A stretch of DNA of 64,000 bases from Orbicella franksi (Eukaryota): NCBI GenBank assembly GCA_964199315.1, contig OZ116702.1:18166001-18230000 (forward strand), written 5' to 3'. The notes beneath the pieces were generated by a model, which saw only the letters and a list, made by a program, of their open reading frames with translations, had not been told where the DNA came from and did no database searches. Shown here piece after piece: positions 48,100 through 61,636 of the stretch. The translations under genes were made by a program, and so were the position numbers. Position 1 is the first letter of the stretch, and each line of letters opens with the position of its first letter.

Positions 48100-48700
48100 G
48101 GTAAAAGAGGTTCAAACAAAGTGGAGAAAATCAATGAATGTGCCCTTCGCTTTGTGACATGTGACAAATCAACCATGTGCAAGACACTACTTAAACAACT
48201 TAACCTGCTGTCTTCACATAATCAAAGAACAGTTGAAATGGGCACCAGTGTTTACAAAATTGTCCATGGGTATAAAGTCCCCAAAGGTATTGCAGAGCTA
48301 CTGAAAGAGCAATCCACTAATTATAACCTTACAGGAAACTACAATCATATTGAAGCTGTTTAAAGTAACAACTACAACTAATGGACCCAAGTCATGGCGT
48401 TATACTAATGCTAAGATTTGGAATGCTCCTCCTGACCAAATTGCAGTGCTAAAGAAAATCGGAACATTTAAGAACTTGATTTCAAAGATGGATTTTTAAA
48501 ATCTCACATTTTAATTATGTGAATACACGTCTTTTCTACACAACTTTAATAAGATGACTGTAAATAATTACGTGACCATTTTCATTTTTTATGGAGAATA
48601 TACTATATATAGATTTTTGTTGCTATTTTTATTTCGTGGCATGTCTGTAAAGTCGCTATTTAGCTAAGTGCATTTGACCATGTTAAATAAAGGCTACTGA
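48100..48700 (+). mobile_element. CR1/L2-group LINE 3' fragment
   Basis: EKINECALRFV..DKS....LL..LNL.S..NQR.....VYK...YNL.G...KIWN.LPD relic, AATAAA near 48688. Confidence 0.7.
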
Positions 48701-50073
48701 CTTTTCTTGTTCTGGTCTGTTGAAGATAGCTTCCTTAGGATTGCTGACTAGTTTTACCATCTTGTCCTCTATTTATCATCAACCTTTGACACTCCTTGGA
48801 AATTTTTCCATATTTCCGTAGTTTTAACTGAAAAACAGCTAAACAAACAGCTATCACTACTGAATTCACATAGATCCCTAGAATCAAGACCTTGGAATAA
48901 ACAACTAAGTCTTGTCAGCATGTGGAAGGATGACCTTTCCCTTCAAAAATTTCTGTTTCAAAACAGTTTCTATCAGTTTCAAATTCTTCCTGACATTTTT
49001 AGCATTCTGGGTCAGAAAAGTCAACCGGAGTAAAACAGCTGATTGCATAACATGACGAAACATCGCAAAATGTAAGATTCATACAGATGTGCGCAGTAGA
49101 TATGTACTTCAATGTGCATGTGAGTAAAAGCAAAAGGACACTGGAAACAAGAAAGTTTGTGTTACTCAAGTGATGTGATATCAAGAGTTTAATGTTGAAA
49201 GTCTACGGCAAAATGTGTCACAAATATTAAATTAATTCAATTAAAAGGAGCTCCCAAATTTGAAGCTATTGCTTAGTGAAAATTCAAGGACTTTCAAGGA
49301 CCTATATTTATGCCAGCAAATTTCAAGTACTGTCAAACAAACAGCAAGAGCTCATAAGTTTCAAGATTCTTGGAATAAAAGCTTCCAGTGGGTAATCCGT
49401 GATACATGTAAAGACGACGACCTTCTGTTTTGTTTGTAAGTTGGAGTTATCCTACGCCCGCTGGAATTATCATAATATTCATTTATTACCCTACATGTAT
49501 CTCCAAGGACAACTAGATTTTAGTTTGGACAAGCAAAACTAAAATTGCACTTGTCCATTGGTTGAAGTCAAAATGTTTGCTGCACCCTGCTTCTGATCTG
49601 CAGAGGATATCGATTCTGAATCTGGGAACCAAACTTTTCCAAATCTTACTGAGATGTGCCAATTGTTGCACTGTGTAATAACAGGCTATTGATTTTCCAC
49701 TGTATACCTTGTAAATTATCAGCACAGCATTCATGTCAACAAACTAAATGAATTTGACATTGTCTCATATAAGAGCTTATAGAACATATTATTGTAGGGT
49801 AACTGGTATGGCCAGAAGGATGTCATCAAATAGTTATGTGTTGATGTATTCACTCCATTTGAAGATATAGCCCAGGAAAACTCTTTTGCCCACCCAGCCA
49901 CAACTTTTTGACCTGTGACTCTGTGTGTCACTGAATTTTCCCCAGTGAATTAATTATTGAAGTGTGTAATAGTATCCTATTGATTCAGATGAAGAGATGT
50001 AGTGTCAGTGGTACATACATGCAATAGCAACATGAACCACATGAATTTTCAGTAACCTTACCAGGAGACTTAC

Positions 50074-50121
50074 CTGAGTCTTGAGCTTTTCTTCCTCCAG
50101 CTCTTTTTGTAGAGTCCTGAT
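50074..50121 (-). CDS. CEP70: CEP70-like coding exon 4: IRTLQKELEEEKLKTQ
   Basis: TTTCCTTATAG acceptor, CAG|GTAAGT donor, 48 nt, phase 0 to 0. Confidence 0.85.
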
Positions 50122-50362
50122 CTATAAGGAAAGCACAACTTACAGTTGCATATCTGACCTCAGTTCAATTTGTTATTAACTAAAACTACAGTAGGAAATT
50201 ATTTTAAGCCTTGCACTGCCATTCTCTTACATGTATGTAATCTGAAACAAGCTGACAAGAGTTTATTCTGCCAGAACATTGTTCTTTGTTATGTATTCCT
50301 GTAAGTCTTGAAAAATGGCCGAAGAAAATATAACATAATTACATTGAATCCTATAAACACAC

Positions 50363-50411
50363 CTCCATTTCAAATCGATAACCTCTTTCCCTTTCTTCAT
50401 CAGCATCTCTC
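50363..50411 (-). CDS. CEP70: CEP70-like coding exon 3: (Q)RDADEERERGYRFEME
   Basis: ATCCTTAG acceptor, GAG|GTGTGT donor, 49 nt, phase 2 to 0. Confidence 0.8.
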
Positions 50412-50791
50412 CTAAGGATAATAAAACACATGTAAGTATCTACTTTTGAACACCTCCCGCATGGAAGACACCTCCCAAAAGTTCCAGGATGGTTGACTGA
50501 CTGGACCTGAGCAGCCAGAATGTTACGAGACTCTCAGAGGTTACAAATAATTTAAGAAGAATAAACAGAAAACCTTTTGTGTACCTTTTCTTGTGGCAGA
50601 ACACAAGAGGTAGGATGTGTTCTAGTGCTTCGTTTGATACACTCTGTTATCCTCCCCAGAACCACGTGTAATATTTTAGGTACTAAACATTTTTTGCATT
50701 TAGTGCTATTTTCAAACTTCTATACAATCATGTACATTTGTCAGAGCTCAAATAAAGAGTAAAAACTTTTTGCTTCTCTTCAGTCAGTGCT

Positions 50792-51650
50792 TTATTTAAG
50801 GACAGGACTCGAGACTAACTTTTTTCTTTTTTGAAAACTTTTATGGTGCCTGTTACATTTTTTCCTATCACCTCCCCTGTAAGTAAAACATTTGCGCCTC
50901 TTGCACTTGTTTTGCACACGCACTATGCAATCTGCAGGTACATGTTTATGGTTGGATTTCAGTATAATTTTCAACAGATAACAGCTAGTTTTTCAGCTGA
51001 AAGAAGTTAACAGTTAGCGGTTAGTGATACACTGCTATTCTGGTATGTTTTGGTTTTAGTACACATTCATCAAATTTGATTGGGTCACAGTGGGAAAATT
51101 TTGCTTTCATTTCAGTTGCTTACTTGGTAGCATAGTTGATTACATCAATGCCAACCATAGCGCGCACGTGGTGGTTAAAGTATGCTTTGTGTGATGCACA
51201 GAATGTGTGCGCACTAACAATAGTAGGCACTGTCCTTAATTCTTTTCTCTCTCTCTGTGGTCAAGCTTTTTCTTAGTGTTTCAAATAACTTGTCAAATTG
51301 CTAATTATCGTTACAGCCTCTGTGTCACCTTGTTAAATCCACAATTAAACTACAACAACATTTAAAGGCATTTCAAAGATCATCTTCATTTGGAAATTGT
51401 AACAAAGTTTTCTCACAGACAGACTGACAACTGGCAATGCTATCAATCCACTTCAGCAAGCATTTGTGCAGCTATTTACATTCCAATCTGAGAATTGGGA
51501 AACTACATATCAGCAGTGAATAATTTAACCACACATCATCATTTTTGGTAATTTTGTCAATATTTGCCTTGTTACATCTCAATCAGCAGGAACAAACAGA
51601 CCTGTCAGGAATCCCTTCACATAATTTTGTGATCCCCCCTTGTATGTAAT
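50792..51650 (-). pseudogene. Unidentified degenerate coding relic
   Basis: Long protein-like stretches across frames (WIDS...VCEKTLLQFP.EDDL; VSAHILCITQSILNHHVRAMVGIDVINYATK; HCDPIKFDECVLKPKH) with stops. Confidence 0.3.
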
Positions 51651-52639
51651 AACTTGTAAGAATGAATGCTGCATGTTTCACTTTTGCTATTATTTTTTAG
51701 GATTTCAAATTTCCTGCACACCACCATGTTTATTTTTTGAAAGGCTTGATGGGGAAACTATGACGTCACTGCACAGTTGAAGAGATACAAAAATACTTCT
51801 AAACATTTATACTTCATATTATGGAAGAATATGCAGTTCCAATGAGAAAATTTCGTGGCACTGACATCATAAATTACCATAAAGTAAACATGACAACCCC
51901 AGTTATTTAACCTGAAAACCAAGTACTCTGCAATTGTATTCCAACGACTTACATGTATAGCCTGGCAGTATAGTCTGCATGCAGCCCTTTTCAATTCTAG
52001 TTTGCAGGCTTCACATCATATTAAAATACCCATTTCATTCCATGAGCTTCCCTCTCTACCTAAAACCAGCATGAAGAGTGAGGGCTCTGGAAATGTCACT
52101 GGTTTGAAATTTGAAAATCGTACTCATACTCAACCTCATACGGTTGGTCCATTATCTAAAGGTCCCTAGTTTCTACTGTACCTGCATTGAATCGCATAGA
52201 TAAAATTTAGAATGAGATGATGCTCCTAACATCTGAACCAACAGAAATAATATTATTGCAGAAATGTAGAGAAAGGGCAGCAAGAGCAAGTGCAGACTAT
52301 TGCAAATTAAGGCTCCTTTTCATTTATACTATTAATAGGAAAACTACATTTATTAGCACAAGAACAAGGAAAACTGTAACAATTCTAGTCCTAAGTGCAC
52401 CAATAATGTAAAAATGTAAGGTAAAAACATACAGTAATTCTCAAAAAGAACAAAAAGAAAAACATTGCAGGGGTCTTATGAGTGAAGCTGATTATTGCTA
52501 ACTAGCTGGAATTAGAAAATTAAGTGAATAACAAATAACTGATACAATATGCTCATAACTACTGTGCACTTAATTACTGACAATAGCGTGGGCATGGATA
52601 GTTCATAGTTCATAACAAAATCAACAGGGTATAAAATGT

Positions 52640-53180
52640 CTCCAAAGTGAGTATTATAAGAAATATTAAACGTAGAAATGACATCAACTCGGGAAAAAAA
52701 TGCGAGTTCCAGATGGGATTTGAACCCATGACCCTCTGTCATCTAGCCGCACACTCTAACTACTGAGCTACTGGAGACTCTATGGTGAGCAAGGGTGAAA
52801 TGTGGGTCTTTGACTGGAACCGCTTTGTGCGGTCACACAGCTAAACAATGACTTGGCACATATGAACTCATAACTGCATCAAGCGGTCACATTGAGGCAT
52901 ATCAAAGATGCAACCAACCACACTCCAAAGTGAGTATTATAAGAAATATTAAATTAACAAATGACATCAACTTGGAAAAAAATGCAAGTTCCAGATGGGA
53001 CTTGAACCCACGACCCTCCATGATCCAGCCACTCCATGTTCTAACCACTGAGCTACATGTACAGGAGACTCCACAGAGTCTCCTGAGTAGCACAGTGGTT
53101 AGAGCAATTGGCTAGATCATGGAGGGATCCCATCTGAAACATAGATTTTTTTCTGTGTTGATGTGATTTCTACATTTAAT
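52640..53180 (-). repeat. Second tRNA-like tandem family (283-bp unit, about 1.5 copies) ending in a fold-back
   Basis: Units start at 52640 and 52923; minus-strand A box TAGCTCAGT, B box GGTTCAAATCC, T run; hairpin CAGGAGACTC-CACA-GAGTCTCCTG 53062-53085 followed by about 100 bp of inverted copy. Confidence 0.82.
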
Positions 53181-53399
53181 ATAGAATGTTTATCTTAAAT
53201 TTTTTTTTTCATTCCAAACAAACCTACATATAAATTTGGTCTTATATTTTCAAAACTGGTATGGTTAAATTAATAATAGTCTTTTCATTTGTATCTCAGT
53301 TTAATTTAATTTAATCCATTTTCACTGCACAAATTGTAAGCCATAAATTAAAAACAGTGAGGAAGGACTAGAAAGGAATATTAGAACCAAACGGGCTAG

Positions 53400-54150
53400 C
53401 CCACCCAAGATACATAAAAACAAAACAAAGAAAAAAGCTGTTTAAATACAGTGTCAATAAACATCAAAGGGCTACTTTGACGTCCAAGTAACATTTGGGC
53501 AGTCAGGATCAAAGTTTTCGCATTTATAAAAGTCTCTACATCATCTCTACCCTTCAAGCATGACTGGCTAAGATTATCAGTCCTAAGTCCTTCGGGTAGG
53601 TTATTCCATAAATAAGGAATTCTATTTAAAAACATGCCCTTAAAAAGATCAGTTCTTACTAGGTTCAATTTCAGGTTTATAGCTTGAATAGGGCCTTAGT
53701 CTTTGATCCGAGCAAAATTCAAAATATGAGTCAAATGCTCAATTGGAGTATCCACATTTGAATTTGTAGAATGTTGTGGTCTTTGACCTCTCTTCGGTAC
53801 ACCAGTGGAAGAAGATCTAATCGCTTAAAGAGCTTGCTGTAAGTTAGCTCTGGCAGGAGAACCTGCGTCGCACATCCTTAGACTCCCTCTATTAGTTTTA
53901 TCAGGATGACAGACTTCGGGCTCCAGATTTTGGAGGCATAATCAAGGTGAGAACGCACAAGCACCACGTAAAGAGACCTCGAAGTTGGTGAAAGTTGGGC
54001 ACTTAGGCCAATACAGGGTCCGACAAATATTTTTGACAAAACTTGTCCCTGGGCAAGTGGCATGTCAAAATCACTTGCCCAACAGAATGAGCTAGTTGTC
54101 CCAGTTAATAATGGTAGAGGACAAGCGATTCCTTGAACTGTAGCAAAATC
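53400..54150 (-). mobile_element. CR1/L2-group LINE 3' fragment
   Basis: SLYVVLVRSHLDYASKIWSP, LDLLPL.YRRE..DL..FYK, FLNRI..LWNNLP. Confidence 0.8.
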
Positions 54151-54919
54151 AATTCACATTATAGTTTAGGAGCCATATTAACAATAACAACTTAAGGACT
54201 TACATTAAATACTGATGCATCTGAGTGATGTTATGAATAAACTGCAAACACAGAACTTGAAGCTGTCTTTTATTTCTACTATGAGTCTCAATAAAAGTCA
54301 CAGAGGATTGTTTAGGGACCACAATGCGAGATTATTGGTGACTTAATTTACAGCTCAACCATTTCGGTTGGAACACTCATCTGCATGTCTTTGCATTGTA
54401 TTCCTTGTTGTATTCAACACCATTCGCCTTTCGCTTTGTCGTACCCAGAGTACAGTGTCACAGGATTTCCTGACAAACTTATCCGTAAATTATAACTCAT
54501 ACCTTGAACTTTGATCCACAAAATGGTAGAAAAACATGTTATGAGGGGTGTAGCAGCCAGGCCTTCAGAGGTTTACATTGGAAAGTACTGGGTATGAAAC
54601 TCATGAAGAGATGTAGAATGGCGATCGAAAAGTAAAAAAAAAGTGATATGTATTTATTGCATTTCGAAAGGCTTCGATGGGAATTTCTCAAGGTAAACAT
54701 TTAATACTTGGATATCTATAATTTATTGCGTGAAATTGCTCATAAGTCAATTGCTACAGCCTGGCAGGCTTTTACTAGAAATAAAACACTTGCCTGGTAT
54801 TCTTTTCAACTTGTCCCAGGCGTCCGGGTCTAATATTTGTCGCACCCTGTAATAGTTCGTCAAATGAATCCTAGCGTCCTGTTGGCCCTAGCTTATTCAC
54901 CTGTGCAAACATGAGCTCA

Positions 54920-55110
54920 CTAAATCATCGCAAGTGATGAGCACTCCAAGGCAATGCTGATTGTCCACTCTCATCAGAATTTTTACTCCCATGATGTACT
55001 CGTGGATAACATGATGTAGTCGTGCATATCGAGCATTTATCTGCATTGAAGGCCAGCTTCCAGGTATTACTCCTTTTCAACCAGGTTATCAATATCTCTT
55101 TGCAACGATG
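54920..55110 (-). mobile_element. LINE RT C-terminal fragment, probably upstream part of the 53.4-54.1 kb element
   Basis: W....W.LAFNADKC.......V..Q..LGVLIT.D. Confidence 0.65.
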
Positions 55111-56533
55111 CACAGTCACAGGTGGATCTTATAGGTCTTATAGGTCTTGTTTTTTTTTTGGTCTTTGTTTTATTCTTTGTTCTCTTTTGTTTTGTTTGTT
55201 CTTGTTTTTTCTTCTCTTTGATTATGCATATCGCAACCAAGATGAAGAATACTGATTTTCTTCTATTTACTCAGCTGTTTAGTTTTTAGTGCAGAGTGCA
55301 CTATTAGGATTGTTTAGGGGCCTGCTGTTCAGTAAGGCACTAACCCACCAAGGCGATAACACAATAAGGTGTAAACTTTAATGTTTGTTTAATTAATTAA
55401 TTTCAATTAATCAATTAGCTTTGTGGGAAGGGGCCTGCGTGGGGTAACTATAGGTACCCGTGCGCATTTTGCAAAACGCATCTTGCTTACGTTGCTGTTT
55501 TTGATACCTTGACAAAAATATATATATGGTTTTGCAAATCTAATGCGATCGTTGTGGTGCTATTCTCTTAACACCAAAAAAAATTTGCTCCAAACGCATG
55601 CGTAGATTAGTTAGTGTCAAAGTCGATTATATCTTAGCATTCTCGTCCCCAGAGGCCATGCTCCTTTTAGTCAGCTCCAAGAATCGCAACCTCTGGGAAG
55701 GTCCAATTTTTTGAGCATGCACAGAGTAATCGTTTTGTTTTCTCAGCCAATCAGATTTGTCAGTCTTGACTCTAAGCATGTCCAAGGACAAATATCTGAG
55801 CATATTTTTGCCCCAAATGGAGGCTATTGTGTTTCTAATCCTTCACATATTTTTCACAACATGCACGGTCATAAAAATTGGGGAATATCACTCAAATATT
55901 TCCCAGTTGTAGCTGGGGAATATTCTGTCACGTGACGCATTTAGACCAATTGCACTTGAGCAAAAATGTTTGATGGATTATTAACACTCGTATTTTTGGA
56001 CCTCTCTCTTAAACAACACCCGATTAAACTCTACTGTTTTGGCAGCCATGTGGGATGTGAGGCCGTGTTGGGTTCTGGATAATATTGATGAACCGTGGGA
56101 CAGTTTGGGTCGCTTCGATCATCTCCTGGTGAGAAGGTAGTTTTCATAAAATCGTTCATAATTGGCCCCGTCTGTGACCAATCACCCGGATAGAACACAG
56201 ATGTATGGAAGCAATCGCAATCGTCCCAATTGCTACCAGCTTTGATGATCATCTTTGCAATGTTCTCATGTAATCACCCAATCGTAATATCACTTTCTGA
56301 AGTGACAGCGGTGACTGAAATGATCAGGGCAATTATATGAGAACCAGTCTTAAGTATTATGCCTCCACAGCAGTTGGCCATTTACTACACTTCAAGCACC
56401 CACTGTCTAAGCATGTCTGGAAGGTGTTTCAAACAATTTTAACATGCTCCAAATGCATTTCAAACAAAGATGCCCTTGAAATAATAATAACATAAGCCCT
56501 CTCTATATAGAGAGAGTCACATGAAATACTGAC

Positions 56534-56657
56534 TGAATTCTTTGAGAAGAGCTGATCAGTTCCTGGACCATTGATTGTCTCCTATCACAATCAGTCATCA
56601 ACTTGTCCAATGTGTTCTGCAAATTCTTGGAGGTGAACTCCTCTAGCACAACAGCTC
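56534..56657 (-). CDS. CEP70: CEP70-like coding exon 2: (G)AVVLEEFTSKNLQNTLDKLMTDCDRRQSMVQELISSSQRI
   Basis: CTCCTTTTAAAAG acceptor, GTCAGT donor, 124 nt, phase 1 to 2; parallels human CEP70 ...QQNMIQELIETNQQL as recalled. Confidence 0.85.
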
Positions 56658-57487
56658 CTTTTAAAAGGAGAAGAAAATATTAAAAAATAATTACAAAATA
56701 AGTCTCTGTTTGCTGGGAAACAAATCTGGACATTGTTACTGTGTGAACCACTGAGCCCTGCATTTGTCATTTTAAAACATGCAAGTACAATGTTCCATAA
56801 ATTAAACCTAAACTTCTAACTTGGTTGGCACCATTTTTTAAAGTGCTCAAAAATAGCTGAATTTTGGCATGTGGGCTTCGTTCCACCTGAGAAACATTAC
56901 TCTGAAGTTTTTTTCGCTGGGTTGCTCTTCATTCTCGAGAAATAACGTATACAAAAAAGGCACACAAGTTGGAAAAACCGAGTTGTTTACTGCATACACA
57001 ATATCTCAAAAACGAAGCGCACTTTAGCGCGAAAACTACGGGACATTGTTTAACATACCTGAACAAAACTGCATGTGAAATTTGGAGCGTTTTCAACAAA
57101 GTTCACTTTCGATTAAAATACCTAATGCCCTTTTCCCGCCGAGTCCTTCAAATAAACGAAGCCGGGCCTTTGATATGATAAACCTAGCCGATCCTTTGTT
57201 ATAATAGCCAAGTCAAGCCTTTGTTATGAGTCGAAGTCTCTCCTCGGTTTATTATAACAAAGGATCAGCCCACCGTGACCGCCAGGACTTGGATTTCACT
57301 TAGGAACCAGCAAAATGTCAATTTCATGCAACATACATAAGCTCAATTTTATTGATTTCAGGTCAAAAGTGGTTAAAATACTGACTCATGTTAATGGGTG
57401 ACAGCAAGGATGTTGATTTCTCTTAAAAAGCAGCAAAATTTCAATTTCACGCAACGTATAAGCTCAAAAATGTTGATTTTACGTCTA

Positions 57488-57774
57488 GGTAAAGTCTGCA
57501 TGTGAGCCAAGTGGCCCATCAGGCCGGAGCTTATCCCGGATTCTGTAGCATGAAGCGACTAGGAGTATTTCTACTCCCCCCTGGATGGGATGCTAGTCCA
57601 TCGCAGGGTTACCCCCAGCATTAAGTTCGCCGTTACCCATTTATACACCTGGGTGGAGAGAGGCACTGTGAGAGTAAAGTGTCTTGCCCAAGAACACAAC
57701 ACAATGTCCCCGGCCAGGGCTCGAACCCGGACTGCTCAATCCAGAGACGAGCGCACTAACCATGAGGCCACCAC
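57488..57774 (-). mobile_element. tRNA-derived SINE with 9-bp TSD
   Basis: Minus-strand A box TGGCCTCATGG, B box GGTTCGAGCCC, central TTGGGCAAGACACTT...CCCAGGTGTATAAATGGGTA; TSD TTACGTCTA 57479-57487 and 57775-57783. Confidence 0.88.
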
Positions 57775-58210
57775 TTACGTCTAAATAGGTAAAAATGTTG
57801 ATTTTATGTTAATGCATGACGGAAAGGATGTTGATATCACTTAAAAACAGCAAAATGTTAATTTCATGCAACGTATAAGCTCAAAAATGTTGATTTCAGG
57901 TCTAAATAGGTAAAAACGTTGATTTCACATTAACGTGTGACAGCAAGGATGTTCATTTCACTTAGAAAACAGTGAAATGTTGATTTCATCAGAACGTGTG
58001 ACCACAGATTGGCTCATTTCACATAAGGTCAGTAAAATGCTCAAGGCTCTTGTGGTTAGGGTTTAAGCTAATTAGGATTAGAGATTAGTCCAACGTTATT
58101 CAGCAGGGTTAGGGCTTCAGTTGTGGTTTGTTTAGGCAACTAGTAACAGTCACCATAGGTTGATTTCCCTACGAAGTAGTCAAGTTTGTTAGTTGGACTA
58201 TAAAAAGAAA

Positions 58211-58318
58211 TAAAAATAATAAAAAATAATTAAATAATAATAATAACAATAACTATAACAATAATAATAATGATAATAACAATAACAATAACAATAATAA
58301 TAATAATAATAATAATAA
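58211..58318. repeat. (AAT/AAC)n microsatellite
   Basis: Directly visible; probably the tail of a minus-strand retroposon piece at 58320-58445. Confidence 0.9.
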
Positions 58319-58446
58319 AAACCAGGACTTGTATGCCATGTTCAGTCAGCTGATAAACATCGCAACTACCTTGTCGAACTAGGATAGTCAAATCAAATAC
58401 AGCAATATACGTAGATGTCACTACTAAACAGTCAAAGAAGAGGGCC

Positions 58447-58966
58447 TATAGAGCATTTTTATTGTCATGCAATAAAAAATAATATCAAAAACCATTCAGT
58501 AGATAAGGTCAAGAAATTGTGATATTACAGAAGGTAAATAAAGAGGGCAGTTCTCCAAGTTTAAGTTGCATGCGTTGTCCCAAAGTTGACACATTCGTCG
58601 AAATGTTCTGCACAAATTTACAGAGCCTAGTATGGAGCCGCCATGTTGGTGTTCTTTGGTACACCAATATGGCGGCCGAAAATAGTGTTAACATCTGGAA
58701 CTTACTTTGGTTATCTGGGAAAGTGATTATCTACACTGAACAAATAAACATTAAATAAGCACTTATCCCAATACAGCAACATCTTAAACAGCTAAAAATG
58801 ACGAGATAAATACATATTTTTCGACAAACGCAATCATAGCTTTATGTCACGCACCGCCATAACTTCGAAATTCAAAATGCACTGGTACCTCTTATGCCTG
58901 ATGAGGATAACAACTTTTTAGTTTTGGATTTAAGAACGTGATGACTTCACGTGAAAACGCTCTATA
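58447..58966. mobile_element. MITE (TATAGAGC...GCTCTATA ends) nested in the TIR element
   Basis: TATAGAGCATTTT at 58447 mirrors AAAACGCTCTATA ending 58966; body homologous to 18112-18480. Confidence 0.7.
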
Positions 58967-60251
58967 AACAGGGCTGACAGATTAACAAATTAACCCTTCT
59001 GCACAACATACGGGTCTCCATACATCTGCATGTCCACTGATCCCTGAAGTTCAAAACACGACAAATCATGCCAATATGAAGTAAAATTAACGCAACCTGG
59101 ATCACAGATCTATGTTACAATTGATCGCTACTTGTTGGCCATTATTATGTTTAAATGAAAAAAGAAAAACGATCTAGTTACCAGTTCGAGAAACATCTGC
59201 AGAACATGATTGCAATGAATGCCGGGAAGGGTCTTTACACCTCGTGCGCGGGAAAACATGGCAGTTGATACAAGACAAATTTTATCACTATAAAACCAGT
59301 TCTCGCTTTCCAAACTTTGACGCTAGCAACGCTTGGCAAATGGGCCACAACTCACGAGAGGGTATTTTTCTTGGGCAAGAACTGCTCTTGGACTTTGCTG
59401 CCTGGATCGATCTGACTTCAAATGCCAATACCTTGATTGTATCAGTTTGTTCAAACATCAGAGAGCACATTTTGATCCTTTCAAACATGCTGATGACTTA
59501 CAGGTTTGCTGCCTGGCTCAATCTGACTTCGAAGACCAATAACATGATTACGGTATATCAGCTGCCTTCGAAGTTTCAGAACACATTTTGATTCTTTAAA
59601 ACATGCTGATGACTTATACGTTTATCAAAGCCTTATGATGCCTCTCAACCACCAGGCAGGCATACAAGGTACTTTAAAATTCACCATCTTTATTAACTTA
59701 TCAATGCTTAAGATATTAGTTGACAGAGCTCTAATGCGGCACATCTCTTTTTTGTTCAATGGTATTTCGTTTGACGCTCAATCGATTCACGTGTTGTGTT
59801 CACATCACAATAACCGATGTAAACAATCTGTTCCCAGATTTCCGCTCTATATACTATTTTCCTTTGACTTAAAGACAGCTAAGATTCTGTGGAATACACT
59901 ACAAACAGTCTGCCTGTTTGCTGTTCAACAAAATACTAAGAAGGTTTCTTTTATTTTTCATTCAACAAAAGATCTCCAAAAGAGGCCACTCGGAAAACTG
60001 ATTTTTTTTGCATACGAAATGTTTCTGAGGTGAAACGAAGCCTACATGCCAAAATTCAGCTATTTTTGAGCACTTTCAAAAATGGGCGAAAAATCCAGGG
60101 GATGTTCTTGCCCGTGGCCTTTCAATTATGCTGATGAAATATATACGGTATTACAGTAGTTTCCTCCATTTGAAGCCAAAACCACTTCAAATCAATATTG
60201 ATTTTAAAAGCCCTATACACAAGCAGACATTACTGAAGGTAAACACAGTTA

Positions 60252-60439
60252 CAGTGGAATTCTGCCTTAGGACCACCCAGTTAACACGGCCACCTCGTTA
60301 TTACGACCACTTTATTCTGGCCCAAACAAAAGCTCACTCAGTCATGTTCTTATTTAAAGAACCCCTTTAATATGACCACCCCGTTAATACGGCCAGATAT
60401 TTGTGGCTTGTTGGTGACCAGATTAACAGGGTTTCACTG
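60252..60439. mobile_element. Tc1/mariner-type MITE (CAGT...ACTG, TA TSD)
   Basis: TA|CAGTGGAA at 60250 and TTTCACTG|TA at 60441. Confidence 0.75.
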
Positions 60440-61015
60440 TACTTGATTTGAGACTTACAATGTACATGTAAAACAACTGGACACCTGAAAGACTGATTAA
60501 ATCAATTTCAGTTTTCGTTAGGCAAAACAGAGTCCAAAAAAATGTTTATTTAGTTCCTTGGGAAGTTCCCTTGTCACATAGCCATCCCTGGCGCCAAAAG
60601 TCAGTTTAAGTAAAAGGTTTGTCACTATAATTATGAGATGTAACTTTACCTTTTTTTACTGTGCAAAGAACCTGTGCTTCTTTTCACCAAATTCATACTA
60701 GAAATTGATGGGAATTTATGCTTAGCTAGATATTTCTTGTTGATCTTGAGTTAGGTTAAGACAGAAAAACAGCTTTTGTGTTTTTGTGGATGTTCATGAA
60801 ATAGCCATAACTCATAAAGTCCTATGTAAATAGTTTGCTGGCGCAGAAAAAATATTGAAGTCCCGAAACATTTTATGGCTTTTTTGAGAACTACCGGTAT
60901 AGTGATTGCTCTCACTATCTATGCTACAATAAAGTGTATTTGCTGTTGTTCATTGCAGATATTTGCTATCAATTAAAAGCTCTTCATAACACTACGAAAT
61001 ATGCCCCTTACTTAA

Positions 61016-61636
61016 GGACATTCGTGCGAAAATTTTCCAATCGATAGAATTTGTTTTAAATTTTGACTGTAGCCATATAATGAGTAACTTGTGTCAGAAA
61101 TGCAAAACATTGGGTGTCACTGACTTCGTTTCACAGATAAAGCATGTGGAAAACTACCCTGATTTTGAAAACTTGGTGCACGTCATTCAGCATGGTCTAC
61201 AGGGGTTTATAGTTAAAAACACTGAAGGTGAGTCAATGGAGGCAAATGATCTTAGTCATATTTTGTAGAAGTGGGTCTGTTGCAAAAATAATTCCAAATG
61301 TTACCAACATTTTCACAAAACTTAACCCTTCAAGTGGCATTTGAAACTGTCACACAGATAAACAGAGCTAAAAAGAATGGAATTTGATGGTGCATTTTGC
61401 AAAAAATTCAAACTTCTAATCAATAGATTCTCTTCATTCTTTTGTTAAATGTAGAAAATCGGTAGAGAAAATGATCCATCCAAAGAAAAATAGGGGTCAC
61501 TGAACATTCAAGATCATTAAATCCAGGTAAAGCTATAGTAATGGCCACCTGCCCTACCATTGTTCATTTCATTACTTAGCACGCTCTCTCATGCATGCAT
61601 AGTAAGGATGTGCTGAAACAATTAGCACGAACGTCC
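61016..61636. mobile_element. Kolobok-type MITE (GG...CC ends, TTAA/TCAA flanks)
   Basis: TTAA|GGACATTCGTGC mirrors GCACGAACGTCC|TCAA. Confidence 0.7.

Larger units (their letters stand above)
56832..60123. mobile_element. Second, inverted relative of the 8893-10827 TIR element, with nested insertions
   Basis: 57030-57290 and 58970-59960 are reverse complements of 10350-10620 and 9050-9900; own subterminal IRs 56832-56900 / 60017-60085; right end CCTTTC|AATT. Confidence 0.8.

Noticed and set aside
58230-58421. Poly-Ile ORF
   Set aside because: Translation of the (AAT)n microsatellite
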